Below are positions 9,631 through 19,001 of a stretch of 61,393 nucleotides of DNA, piece by piece. This stretch comes from Ktedonobacterales bacterium. GTDB taxonomy: Bacteria; Chloroflexota; Ktedonobacteria; Ktedonobacterales; JADMIN01. The stretch is taken from assembly GCA_052143275.1 (NCBI GenBank), contig JBKQTH010000310.1:1-61393 (forward strand), in the 5' to 3' direction. The notes under the pieces are model-generated. The model saw only the letters and a program-made list of their open reading frames with translations, did not search any database and had not been told where the DNA came from. A program made the position numbers and the translations under genes. The first letter of the stretch is position 1. The number at the start of each line of letters is the position of its first letter.

Positions 9631-9823
9631 GTCAAGGGTGCCTTTAGAGATGATAATCGCGACTTTGCTCTAAGACTCTTTCTCGATTCGTCTGGTTGCG
9701 CATCTCGTGGGGAGCGCCAGATAACGCCCTACGCCAACTGGCACCAACCACCTTTGGCCAGAGGGTGGCAACCTAACGGCAACTCCCAGAATTCCGGGTC
9801 GTACTGTGGAGTGCAGGTCAGAA

Positions 9824-10375
9824 CTAACATGCTTTTGCGGAAATCGAAACTGCCACAATAGTCATCCGAAAGGTATTGTTCGGGCCTATGACGTCGAACC
9901 AAAGGATTGTGCCGCTATTTGACGTGCGTACAACGTAAGAGGCAAGCCCTTGAACCGTCAACTCAACAGGAGTTCCCGCAGTCACAGTGCCGCTGGCGGC
10001 ACTGAAATCGATGGTGTTAGGTCCAGGTGTGAAGTTACCGCTGCCGATCGACCAGCTGAGCGTGCCACTGCCCGTATTGCTCAGCTGCACCTGCGTGGAA
10101 ACGGTAGCTGAAACGCAAGTGTTGGTCAAACTAAGCTCGGTAGGATTAACTGCCAGTTTCGGTGGAGGCAGCGTCACTGTAGGCTTGGGGCTGCACCCGC
10201 TGCCACAACTACCACCAGAGGGAGCACTGAGCGGATTGGGGGTGCTGGTCGGCGAGTGTGAGCTGGCACTGGGTGCCGAGCCGCAGGCGCCCAGTGCCAA
10301 ACACAGGCACACCACCAGCGCGGTTCCCCCTATCAGGAGACGTAGGTGCGAGGCAACACGTAGAGATGAGGACAT
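9824..10375 (-). CDS. secreted lipoprotein, beta-rich (Ig-like) domain
   Basis: Signal peptide plus lipobox (LCLALGAC), a Ser/Pro/Thr linker, then a ~120-aa Thr/Ser/Val-rich domain. Confidence 0.6.
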   Translation of the reverse strand: MSSSLRVASHLRLLIGGTALVVCLCLALGACGSAPSASSHSPTSTPNPLSAPSGGSCGSGCSPKPTVTLPPPKLAVNPTELSLTNTCVSATVSTQVQLSNTGSGTLSWSIGSGNFTPGPNTIDFSAASGTVTAGTPVELTVQGLASYVVRTSNSGTILWFDVIGPNNTFRMTIVAVSISAKAC

Positions 10376-10817
10376 GGCCTTCTCCTTTGGGAGGGGTGAG
10401 CCCCAGGAACGTTATCAGGACGCTCTACTAGGATCAAGAGTCACCGTAGCATGCGGTGCGTGATGAGAGCGTTACCCAGATCGTTACGGAAGGAGTCCAG
10501 CAGACTAATCTTCGTTCGTTCACCCAAAACAGACGCTGACGCACCTGGTGGCACCCTCATGGCCGTGACCCATCAGGCGCGCCTAGCGGCCATCGAACAC
10601 TCCATCCTCAAGCCGAGCAGTAACGGCATCAGCCCAGGGATCACGTGCGCTCGGTGGCTGCCCGTGCTCCAGCGTGCCTGGACTTCGTTGTTATAAAACC
10701 GGCGTGGGAAAACCCCCCGTCTTTCAAGCGAGGGATGAGAGCGCCGTTCCGTGTTTGGGGCGTGTGGGTAGGGGGAGCATGTTGACAACGTACGTTTGTT
10801 CGACTATAACAGACTAC

Positions 10818-11215
10818 ATGAGCGATGAGTATATTCATGAACAGCATAGTGTTCACCACATCTTCTACCCTCTCATCTTTTGCCCGATGCGACGGCGCAC
10901 GGTGCTGGTAGGGCCAGTACGTGACCGCTTAGAACAGATCACCCAGGAGGTGGCAGACGACAACGGATGGGAGATTGTCGAGCTGGCCATCGAACCAGAT
11001 CACCTCCATCTGTTCGTCCAGTCGAATCCCTACACGCTCCCTACGGACATTCCTCGTCTGATAAAGGGCCGCTCTTCCCACCTGATGCGGGAGGAATCTC
11101 CTCATCGCAGGCGTATGCCGTCGCTGTGGACACACTCCACGTTCTCTAGCACGGCAGATTTTGTCAGTCAGGACACGATACCGCATATATTGCATACATT
11201 GAGGGGCAGCGTTGA
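10818..11215 (+). pseudogene. tnpA: IS200/IS605 Y1 (HUH) transposase TnpA, frameshifted
   Basis: The HUH motif is intact (PDHLHLF). The Tyr-bearing C-terminal helix (AYIAYIEGQR*) is in a different frame (11183-11215) from the body. The body frame instead reads DTIPHILHTL... and runs on to 11234. Conserved positions also diverge (YHLVFCPKYRR becomes YPLIFCPMRRR). Confidence 0.7.
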
Positions 11216-11220
11216 ACCCG

Positions 11221-12420
11221 ATGCTCATTTTTGAGTACAAGCTGCATGGGACCAAAGAGCAGTACGCCGCTATCGATGAAGCGATACGGATTGTACAATT
11301 TGTCCGGAATAAAGTCGTGCGCCTTTGGATGGACACCCGCGGCATCACTGGCTATGATCTCAACAGGGCGTGTGCGCACCTGGCAAACGACTATCCGTTT
11401 GCCTCCCCCCTCAATTCGCAGGCACGGCAAGCGGCTGCTGAGCGTGCGTGGGCCGCTATCACCCGCTTCTATGACAATTGCAAGAACCGCAAGCCCGGCA
11501 AGAAGGGCTATCCTCGTTTCCAGCACGATAACCGCAGTGTCGAGTACAAACAAACCGGCTGGAAGGTGGAACCGGATGGCAAGCACATTACCCTCACCGA
11601 TGGCTGTGGGATAGGCAGGCTTCGGCTCGTTGGCAGCAAGAACCAACGGATTGCAGAATTTCCCACACAGCAGATCAAACGGGTACGGCTCGTGAGGCGT
11701 GCCGATGGGTACTATGCGCAATTTGCCCTAGCTGCTGACCGACAGATTGAGCACATCCCTACCGGCAAGCAGACTGGTATCGACATGGGCTTGAAGGAGT
11801 TCCTGACCGATAGCGATGGCCATACCGTAGCCAACCCTCGTCATCTCCGCAAAGCCGAGAAGCGATTGAAGCGATGGCACCGTCGCCTCTCTCGCAAACA
11901 GAAGAGATCATCTAATCGCAAAAAGGCCAGAAAGCAACTGGCTACGGCCTATCTCAAAGTGCAACGGCAGCGTGAAGACTTTGCTCGCAAGACAGCAAGC
12001 ACGCTTGTGACATCTAGCGATTTCATTGCCTATGAACACTTGCAGATACGCAACCTCGTCAAGAACCGGAAGCTGGCAAAGAGCATCAGTGATGTGTCCT
12101 GGGGCCGCTTTCTGTGGTGGCTCACCTACTACGGGCAGGTCCATACCATCCCGGTCATAGCCGTTGAGCCGGCGTTCACGAGTCAGGATTGCAGCGCCTG
12201 TGGAAAACGGGTGAAGAAATCGCTCAGTGTGAGAACCCACATCTGTTCTGGTTGTGGGCTGATTCTTGACCGAGACCACAATGCAGCCATCAACATTCTC
12301 GCACGAGCACGAGACCGTACCGGTGGGCAATCGGAAACGGGCGGGCAACCGCAAAACGCTTCTGGACAGATCGTCTCTACTCGTTCGAGGATGCCTCGGG
12401 CGAGCAAGCGAGCTGGTTGA
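11221..12420 (+). CDS. tnpB: TnpB (IS605 OrfB family RNA-guided nuclease-like protein), apparently intact
   Basis: RuvC triad contexts GIDMGLKEF, AYEHLQIRN and DRDHNAAINI. Zinc finger CSACGKRV...CSGCGLIL. ATG 11221 gives the typical MLIFEYKL start; the track ORF starts at TTG 11212. Confidence 0.9.
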   Translation: MLIFEYKLHGTKEQYAAIDEAIRIVQFVRNKVVRLWMDTRGITGYDLNRACAHLANDYPFASPLNSQARQAAAERAWAAITRFYDNCKNRKPGKKGYPRFQHDNRSVEYKQTGWKVEPDGKHITLTDGCGIGRLRLVGSKNQRIAEFPTQQIKRVRLVRRADGYYAQFALAADRQIEHIPTGKQTGIDMGLKEFLTDSDGHTVANPRHLRKAEKRLKRWHRRLSRKQKRSSNRKKARKQLATAYLKVQRQREDFARKTASTLVTSSDFIAYEHLQIRNLVKNRKLAKSISDVSWGRFLWWLTYYGQVHTIPVIAVEPAFTSQDCSACGKRVKKSLSVRTHICSGCGLILDRDHNAAINILARARDRTGGQSETGGQPQNASGQIVSTRSRMPRASKRAG

Positions 12421-12470
12421 AGGAAGAACCTCCTGCTTTCTAAGCAGGGGAGTGTCAGCTTCTGGTACGA
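12300..12470 (+). ncRNA. candidate TnpB omega-RNA (reRNA) scaffold overlapping the tnpB 3' end; boundaries approximate
   Basis: Position is inferred from known TnpB biology. Hairpins are visible at 12432-12448 (cctgc/gcagg) and 12456-12487 (cagcttc/gaagctg). Confidence 0.3.
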
Positions 12471-12568
12471 CGGGATGGTTGAAGCTGGAGAGAGATACAG
12501 CCAGATGGGGGCAGCTACTCACTGCCGGGCCAGGATTTGCCGCTTGCCAGCATAGTGAGTAGCTGGTC

Positions 12569-13183
12569 TCACTCTGGATGCAGAGCACGCTCTAACTCCG
12601 CCGCCAGTGCAGCGCCCGCTCCTTCGCCGGCTACACCACTCGCCCGCAGGTAGGCAAGGATCCGCTCCGCCAGATCCAGACGCAGCACCACGTCGCGCTC
12701 GTAATAGGGAACGAGTGGATCCAGATTATTTGGAACGAGCGGATCCGCCTTATAGGGAACGAGTGGATCCATGTTGGTTTTGTAATCGCACCTGCCGCTC
12801 TGGAAGTGGTACACGAAGTCCGCACCGTCGTCGGTGAGCACCTGCACGTGTGATCCCGCGCGGACAAAGGGGGCGAGCGTGTAAAAGAGCGGGTGCAGGT
12901 ACGATTCGGTACTGGTGTCCCGGGAGCCGAACTTCGTCAGCTGCATGTCGACGATGTTGCCATCCGGGTCGAAGAGTAACTCCCATCCGAGCGCATCAAA
13001 GATACGCCGGATCGCCTCAGCCGGCTCCTGTCCCTCGGATGCCGCCAGCGCCTTCTCTCCCCACGAGAACACTCCATAGGCCTCGTCGGCTGTGGGTGCC
13101 GCCGCTCGCAGCTCCGCCACCGCCGGCGGCAGATCCGGTGCGGCAATGAAGAACTCGATGTCGCCGGCGAACAACTCGGACAT
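12569..13183 (-). CDS. hypothetical protein with three 8-aa DPLVP(Y/N).. repeats
   Basis: 204-aa ORF with balanced composition. The repeats DPLVPYKA, DPLVPNNL and DPLVPYYE are encoded by a 24-bp DNA periodicity. No family recognised. Confidence 0.6.
   Translation of the reverse strand: MSELFAGDIEFFIAAPDLPPAVAELRAAAPTADEAYGVFSWGEKALAASEGQEPAEAIRRIFDALGWELLFDPDGNIVDMQLTKFGSRDTSTESYLHPLFYTLAPFVRAGSHVQVLTDDGADFVYHFQSGRCDYKTNMDPLVPYKADPLVPNNLDPLVPYYERDVVLRLDLAERILAYLRASGVAGEGAGAALAAELERALHPE
12708..12770. repeat. 3 copies of a 15-bp core GGAACGAG(T/C)GGATCC at 24-bp spacing (coding repeat)
   Basis: Copies lie at 12708-12722, 12732-12746 and 12756-12770, inside the CDS 12569..13183. Confidence 0.9.
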
Positions 13184-13632
13184 GTTATGCCTCCCTAGAC
13201 ATCCATCCCCTGCTTGTAGTGTAGCACCGCTCCATCAGCATTACCGAAAAGTGGCGCGGAGGGCCCCACGGATTCCGGGAGAGTGGTTCAGTGATCAGCC
13301 TCACTAGCGGCGTACAGCGCGCCAGTCGTTCCACCAGGACCTGATGCGATCTTCCTGATCATAAGGTAGACGAAGCGACGGCCACCCCGCCTCACCGGTC
13401 CCTCCGGCGCCGCTTTGTGTACTGCCCATGAGGAACGACGCGCTAACACCGAAGAGCGCCTGGGTGACTGGGACGCGCTTGTAGATGGGCACAATCGAGC
13501 GGCGTACCTACAGTCAGCTCAGCACGTTATTGGGCGCCGATTATTCCCTTTGAGATCGTCCATGTGGTAGCCGAGCGCGGAACCACGAGCGCCTTTGCTA
13601 CTAACGGTACCGGCTGAGGCACCAAACACCGG

Positions 13633-13902
13633 CTAAAATTCGGTACGCCGATTCTTGGCCATCTCGGTGCGCCGGTTCATGCCGGCGCGCGCGTTCAACT
13701 GATCGGTCGCGGCTGGCGAGCGCAGCAGTGCAGCGAGCCCAAGTACAAGCAGGACGACGCCAATGATGACGAGGACGTCGGCGGTAAGGTGGCCACTACC
13801 TCCAACGCCGCTCAATCGACCAAACCACCCGGTGGGGAGCACCCCAACCACGACAACAACTATTCCTAAGACAATGCTGATGAGACCGAGCCCCCGATTC
13901 AT
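13633..13902 (-). CDS. small two-TM membrane protein
   Basis: Two hydrophobic helices (LISIVLGIVVVVVGVL; VLVIIGVVLLVLGLAALL). It resembles the small protein at 38772..38981. Confidence 0.5.
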   Translation of the reverse strand: MNRGLGLISIVLGIVVVVVGVLPTGWFGRLSGVGGSGHLTADVLVIIGVVLLVLGLAALLRSPAATDQLNARAGMNRRTEMAKNRRTEF

Positions 13903-14229
13903 TTTAGGCCTCCCTCACTTCTGCGAGCGAGCGGCGCAGCCGCGGTGCTGCTCAGTCACTCCCCATGAGAGTGGGCTACCTGGGCAGCTGCCATAAGGCA
14001 GGAATGCCGCCTCCTACCTGCTGATGTCCGCTAGTATAACATACGGGAAAGGTCTAAGTCCCATATTTGTCACCTCCGGATCAGAGCTCGGAATATTCCG
14101 AGTTCACGATATACTGTGCAGTACAGCGAACAAACGTCAATTGCTCGCATCCACAAGGAGGTTGTGACAGCTAAGCAGCGTTCTCCGTGCCAACATGACA
14201 AATGTCGGATTAGGGACGGCAGGGCCGGA

Positions 14230-14440
14230 CCTCGGCAGCGATCCACTGTGTATGAGCTTGGCGATACATACCAGGCCGCGTTCCCGATCCCGGGCATGGA
14301 CCCGCAGTCGATCCAGGTGACGTCGCTCAGGAACACCATCACCGTGGTACGCGGACTGCAACTGCCCTCTCGAGGGCGCCAACGCTGTCTAGGAGGAGTT
14401 CCGCTCGACGCAGTTTAGGCGCCGCCAGTGGAGGTCGACC
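14230..14440 (+). pseudogene. Hsp20/alpha-crystallin remnant (frameshifted, N-terminus missing)
   Basis: VYELGDTYQAAFPIPGMDPQSIQVTSLRNTITV matches the Hsp20 core. Downstream pieces (EEFRSTQF; PPVEVDPA) appear in other frames. Confidence 0.5.
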
Positions 14441-14444
14441 CGGC

Positions 14445-14636
14445 ATGCTGACCGAGCGCACGGTTGTGCGGGATGGGCAGGTGCGGCGCATGCGGTTCTT
14501 TGTCCGTATGTTCACGTTCACTGAGCTGCGCGACTGGCTGCTTGCATCTGGCTTCTCGGGGGTCGAGGGCTTCGACGAGCAGGGTGCCCCGCTTGCGCTC
14601 GAGAGCCGGCGCATGCTGGTCATGGCCACGAAGTAA
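14445..14636 (+). pseudogene. C-terminal fragment of a class I SAM-dependent methyltransferase
   Basis: FTFTELRDWLLASGFSGVEGFDEQGAPLALESRRMLVMATK is a typical C-terminal end of small-molecule methyltransferases. No SAM-binding N-terminal part is present. Confidence 0.4.
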
Positions 14637-14869
14637 CACCGAGAAGACCGTGCCTGCAGGCTGCTGCGCTGGTGGCAGTGTGAAGGGTAGGCGGGGCGGG
14701 CGGGTCAGCGTCGAAGCGGTTTGAGGTGCCCTGTCCCTACTGCCCATGCTGGCAACTACAGGCGCGGTGCTCTCTGCGTTGCGGTCTACCTTGGGCAGGC
14801 AGCCGTTTGAAGTCGCAGGTGCCGACGAGCAATCGCACAGATGCGCTTGTTGAATGGTGTCAGCAGACT

Positions 14870-15226
14870 TCAGAACAAAGTTTGCTGCTCACCTGGAGGT
14901 GAGGCCAGCTTTTTCTGCTGTTTCTTGGCCTTGCGGCGCTCTGCTTCGACCAGGCTCCGGATGTTTTCGGCGCGTGGCAAGTCTTCGGGCTTTTGCTGAT
15001 GAATCTCTTCGATGGCTTTGCGGACGCTCGCTCCGACGTCATGGTGAGTTGCGATGGCGATCGTCTCGTTGTTCACCCTGTCTCGTACCAACTTCTCGTC
15101 GGTTGCCGTAATACGAAACAAGTTGGCGGCCAGGGCCTCCGGCCCCATGATATCAAGAATGGCGACACCCGGCGGAACATTCCAAAATTCCGACAACTGG
15201 TTTTCGGTCATGTGGTATAGACCAAG
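14870..15226 (-). pseudogene. dinD: DNA-damage-inducible protein D (DinD) C-terminal half, separated from its N-terminal half by an insertion
   Basis: ILDIMGPEALAANLFRITATDEKLVRDRVNNETIAIATHHDVGASVRKAIEE aligns with the E. coli DinD C-terminal region (ILDHMGSTELAANLFRATQTEEKLKRDGV...FDVGRKVRQTIQE). Confidence 0.75.
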
Positions 15227-15606
15227 TTACGTGGAATAAACTCGTCCGTTGGAAATGTAGATGCAGACAAGCAGCTCGTCCAACGGAGTTGCCCAATCGG
15301 TCCCCGTGTGTACCCGCTGCTGGACGTGATGTGTTCTCTCGGAGCGCTTGCCCGTCCAACGTCTGCCGCAGCCCGAACCGCGTCCCCGACTCCCGGTGCG
15401 GGATATACACTCGCAGACCATACCACGTCAAGGCCGCGCTGGGAGCTGGGAAGAGCGGAGGGGGCGCGCTCGTCTTGGCCTTGACAGGTATGGTAGGCTT
15501 GCGATTCCGCACGGGAGGCAACCTATGCCTTGCCATCGCATCTTTCCAGCACTCGTGGCACAGCACGCAAGGAGGCTGTCGATTTGCTCTTGGTAGGTGT
15601 TCGTAT

Positions 15607-16653
15607 ATGGCAGAAATTCATTGGGAACGGTATCCATACGTCGCGCAAAGCGGACTCGCCCGTACCTGGCTACAGATACAATCCAACTTAGGATTGGCTC
15701 CAAACACCATTGAAGCCTACGGGCGTGCGTTGAATGAATATCTTGCGCTTTGTCGCCGCTCCAGTATTATGCCAGAGGCAGCCACGCAAGAGCACATTTC
15801 GTGGTACGTGCAGGACCTCATGTCCCGTCCAAGCCCGCGCGGAGTGAATATCTCTGTTCTTGACTCAGGTGTTGGGCTTGCCAACGCCACCATGCAACAG
15901 CGGCTGACTGCCATCCGCCTGTGGTACGACTACCTCGTAGAGGAAGGCATACGGGAAGCCAATCCTGTTGGTAGGGGTCGCTATACGCCAGGAAAGCTCG
16001 TCTACGGCAAGCAGGAGCGGGGCATCATCCCTAGGGTGCGGAAACTCCCCTGGATTCCTAACGAGGAGCAATGGAATTCCATCATTTCTGCCGCGCGTGC
16101 CGAACCCGCTCGAAACCGTGTTATGCTGGCACTTGCCTACGACGCTGCCCTGCGTCGAGAAGAACTCTGCTCGCTGCTTACCAGTGACATCGACCCAGCA
16201 CAGCGCTTCCTCACCATTCGCGCAGAAACGACAAAGAACAGGCGCGCTCGTGTCGTCCCCTATTCTGAGGCGACTACCCAGCTGTACGTCAGGTACCTGC
16301 AGGAGCGACGTGAGTTGAGCCAGGCACGTGGCCCACTGTTCCTGTCGGACTCCAATCGAAATCGTGCACAGCCTATTACTATCTGGACCTGGTCGAAGGT
16401 GATTAAAGGAATTGCCAAGCGGTCAGGGATCATCCAACTCAGTACCCATACATTCCGGCACCTTCGCCTCACCGACTTGGCACGTAGCGGCTGGGATATT
16501 CATGAGATTGCAACGTTTGCCGGACATTCCAGCGTGGAATCAACGCTTCAATACATCCATCTGAGCGGACGTGAACTGGCGCGTAAGTTGGAGCAGGGCA
16601 TGCAATCGGTTCATGCTTGGCGGGTGAAGATGCTCGTAGAGGAGTTGCAATGA
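15607..16653 (+). CDS. tyrosine recombinase/integrase (smaller subunit)
   Basis: Catalytic contexts ALRREELCSL, HTFRHLRLTD and GHSSVESTLQYIHL. N-terminal core-binding domain (TIEAYGRALNEYL). ATG 15607 was chosen because the upstream 106 aa of the track ORF are Arg/Cys-rich junk. Confidence 0.85.
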   Translation: MAEIHWERYPYVAQSGLARTWLQIQSNLGLAPNTIEAYGRALNEYLALCRRSSIMPEAATQEHISWYVQDLMSRPSPRGVNISVLDSGVGLANATMQQRLTAIRLWYDYLVEEGIREANPVGRGRYTPGKLVYGKQERGIIPRVRKLPWIPNEEQWNSIISAARAEPARNRVMLALAYDAALRREELCSLLTSDIDPAQRFLTIRAETTKNRRARVVPYSEATTQLYVRYLQERRELSQARGPLFLSDSNRNRAQPITIWTWSKVIKGIAKRSGIIQLSTHTFRHLRLTDLARSGWDIHEIATFAGHSSVESTLQYIHLSGRELARKLEQGMQSVHAWRVKMLVEELQ

Positions 16654-18959
16654 CGAGTTTAGTGCAAGTACCCCCCAACATATCCACTGCCCCGCCCGTG
16701 TGGACATGGCCGGTGAATCTCGCAACATACGACCGTAGTGAACTCCTCAGTGAAGACGAGCGTGTAGCCCTCGCTCAGCTCACTGCGACTCGCAAGGTCT
16801 CGGGGCGGTGGGAAACCAAGTTCGGACCAGCTTTGTCCCGTCTGTTACGCCCCTTAGATGATGTACTCGCCATTACCGGTGGCAGTAAAGTGCAGCGTAA
16901 TGGGTCGATTATTCTCCTTCTACGTGAGATGCATCGGTTGCAGCGCTCATTTTTGGCTTGGTCAGCTCAGGAATGGATTGGCCTTTTACATCCTAACGCG
17001 GCAGAGTTCGCTGAACACAACAACGGGGTTACCAGCTACCGACCACATCTTCTGGCAATAAGCTACATACTCGGCAACCTGAATACTTTTGCCGCCATTG
17101 GTCATTTTAGCCAGGCTTGGTTGGCTACGCGCGTCTTTGGGCAAGATATTGTGGAGCCGTTGGCGGAGCGTGTTGGCAGTGAAATGGTCAGCATGGGTTT
17201 TGGGGCGAAAATGGTCGAGATCCATCTCCACAACCTGCTGTACGAAGTGCTGCTGATGAATCGGAGCCCTAGGCTCGAGGATCTTACCTTCGCCAAGCTC
17301 ACTGAAATACGGCCACATCTGACTTCTGCCCACCTCAAGAGTTATGTTGTTTCATTTACCCAGGCCCTGGTGAGTCTGGGCTACCTTGACAGAGCTATTA
17401 CGGTAAGCCACCAAAGGGGAAATCTCGATGCATTGTCTGGCGTACCCCAGGAATGGCTTAACTACTGTGAGCGGTGGCGAAAGACCTCAACACTGAGCAA
17501 GAGCAGCCACAAAGTCTACTACTGGTCTCTGGTCAAAGTTGGACGGTGGCTTGCTCAGTATCATCCTGAGATCACGTCTCCAGCGCAGTGGACTCGTGAG
17601 GTCGCCGCAGACTATGTCGCCGCGGTTATGACCTGGAGCATTGGAGACTGGACGCATCGGCCGGAGAGCCTCAGCCAGCCAGGCGAGGTACCTCTTTCTG
17701 CCAAGACCAAGGTGCAACAACTCAAAGCTATGTCAACGTTCATACGAGATTGTCAGGAGTGGAATTGGATACCTCGGCGCCTCGATGCTCGTCGATCCTT
17801 CACAACTCCACGCTCCCTTCAATCTCTTCTTGGTCCCAATCCACGCGCGATCGACGACGAAGTATGGGCTAAGCTCATGTGGGCCGGCCTCAATCTCGCG
17901 GAGGCGGATATGCCAAAATCCGGCAACCCGCGTGTCTCCCAGCGTCACAACTACCCTTTCGAGCTTGTGCGGGCATGTACACTTGTTTGGATATTCACGG
18001 GACTGCGTGCAGACGAGATCTGCCGTCTGAACGTAGGCTGTATCAGATGGCAAACTGAGGATATGCTCGTGACCGGAACTGACCAGGTCCTCGCCAAAAA
18101 CTCCGTGTGTTGGCTGAGTGTGCCCGTCAATAAAACTGCACCAGCGTTTACGAAACCGGTGGACCGCATGGTGGGAGAAGCAATCGATGCGTGGGAGCGC
18201 ATTCGGCCTCGTTGTGGCAAAGAAATCGACCGCAAGTCTGGGGAGCTGGTAGAATACTTATTCAGTTTCAAAGGCCGGCGGATCTCAATGGACTATCTTA
18301 ATCACACCGTCATACCCATGCTTTGCGCGAAAGCCGGCCTTGCCCAGGCAGACTCGCTCGGTGCCATAACGAGTCACCGGGCACGATCAACCATTGCTAC
18401 ACAGTTATTCAACGCGAAAGAGCCCATGTCACTGTTCGAGCTACAGGAGTGGTTAGGGCATCGCTACGCCTCGTCGACACAGCACTATGCCAAGGTGAAA
18501 CTGACGAAATTGGCCAAATCATTTACGCAGGCAGGATACTTTGAGCGCAATATTCGCGTCATTGAAGTCCTGCTTGACCAAGATGCCGTCTTGAATGGAG
18601 CGGCAGCAGCCGGCGAACCATGGAGATTCTATGATCTGGGGCATGGGTACTGTTGGTATGACTTCTTTGACCAATGCCCGCACCGTATGGCCTGCGCCAA
18701 ATGTGCGTTCTACATCCCAAAAGAATCTACTAAGGCCCAGCTTCTCGAAGGAAAAGCACACTTACAGCGCTTGTTACAAGAAATCCCACTTACAGAGGAT
18801 GAGCGGGCTGCTGTCGAGGACGGCATTGGGGCATTAGAGAAGCTGGCCACACAGTTGGCCGATGTGCCCACACCTGGCGGGCCAACTCCACGCCAAATAC
18901 AAGAAATGTCTGGCCACAGGAGCTTTATTGCGCTGCAAGCGATTCAGAGGAGAAGGTAG
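16650..18959 (+). CDS. large tyrosine recombinase with Cys-rich C-terminal tail
   Basis: Catalytic contexts FTGLRADEICRL, SHRARSTIATQL and LGHRYASSTQHYAKV. C-terminal CWYDFFDQCPHRMACAKCAFY. ATG 16650 overlaps the upstream stop (ATGA), suggesting translational coupling. Confidence 0.85.
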   Translation: MTSLVQVPPNISTAPPVWTWPVNLATYDRSELLSEDERVALAQLTATRKVSGRWETKFGPALSRLLRPLDDVLAITGGSKVQRNGSIILLLREMHRLQRSFLAWSAQEWIGLLHPNAAEFAEHNNGVTSYRPHLLAISYILGNLNTFAAIGHFSQAWLATRVFGQDIVEPLAERVGSEMVSMGFGAKMVEIHLHNLLYEVLLMNRSPRLEDLTFAKLTEIRPHLTSAHLKSYVVSFTQALVSLGYLDRAITVSHQRGNLDALSGVPQEWLNYCERWRKTSTLSKSSHKVYYWSLVKVGRWLAQYHPEITSPAQWTREVAADYVAAVMTWSIGDWTHRPESLSQPGEVPLSAKTKVQQLKAMSTFIRDCQEWNWIPRRLDARRSFTTPRSLQSLLGPNPRAIDDEVWAKLMWAGLNLAEADMPKSGNPRVSQRHNYPFELVRACTLVWIFTGLRADEICRLNVGCIRWQTEDMLVTGTDQVLAKNSVCWLSVPVNKTAPAFTKPVDRMVGEAIDAWERIRPRCGKEIDRKSGELVEYLFSFKGRRISMDYLNHTVIPMLCAKAGLAQADSLGAITSHRARSTIATQLFNAKEPMSLFELQEWLGHRYASSTQHYAKVKLTKLAKSFTQAGYFERNIRVIEVLLDQDAVLNGAAAAGEPWRFYDLGHGYCWYDFFDQCPHRMACAKCAFYIPKESTKAQLLEGKAHLQRLLQEIPLTEDERAAVEDGIGALEKLATQLADVPTPGGPTPRQIQEMSGHRSFIALQAIQRRR

Positions 18960-19001
18960 GGAAAATTGCATACTCACAGAGGTCAACCCCAATTCCACAT
19001 A

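Larger units (their letters stand above)
10706..12565 (+). mobile_element. IS200/IS605-family element (tnpA remnant plus tnpB); exact ends unresolved
   Basis: tnpA-tnpB gene pair. Related subterminal motifs lie upstream of tnpA (10706-10738 gggaaaaccccccgtctttcaagcgagggatgag) and just after tnpB (12422-12454 ggaagaacctcctgctttctaagcaggggagtg; stem cctgc/gcagg). Confidence 0.6.

Noticed and set aside
9226-9861. 211-aa plus-strand ORF across the DsrE-like gene.
   Set aside because: It is antisense to a well-supported DsrE-family CDS, with no motif and biased composition.
12708-12770. Regularly spaced 15-bp repeats that could be taken for a mini CRISPR array.
   Set aside because: There are only three copies with 9-bp spacers, in frame inside a CDS and encoding an 8-aa peptide repeat. 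No cas genes are present.
13288-13494. Two overlapping small minus-strand ORFs (62 and 68 aa) between 13183 and 13633.
   Set aside because: No recognisable similarity, no RBS, and they overlap each other in different frames. They may be a decayed remnant, but I cannot support that.
15289-15606. N-terminal 106-aa extension of the first tyrosine recombinase in the ORF track.
   Set aside because: The extension is Arg/Cys/Gly-rich with no similarity to integrase N-termini. ATG 15607 gives a canonical ~348-aa recombinase starting at the core-binding domain. The region more likely holds the element's arm sites and promoter.
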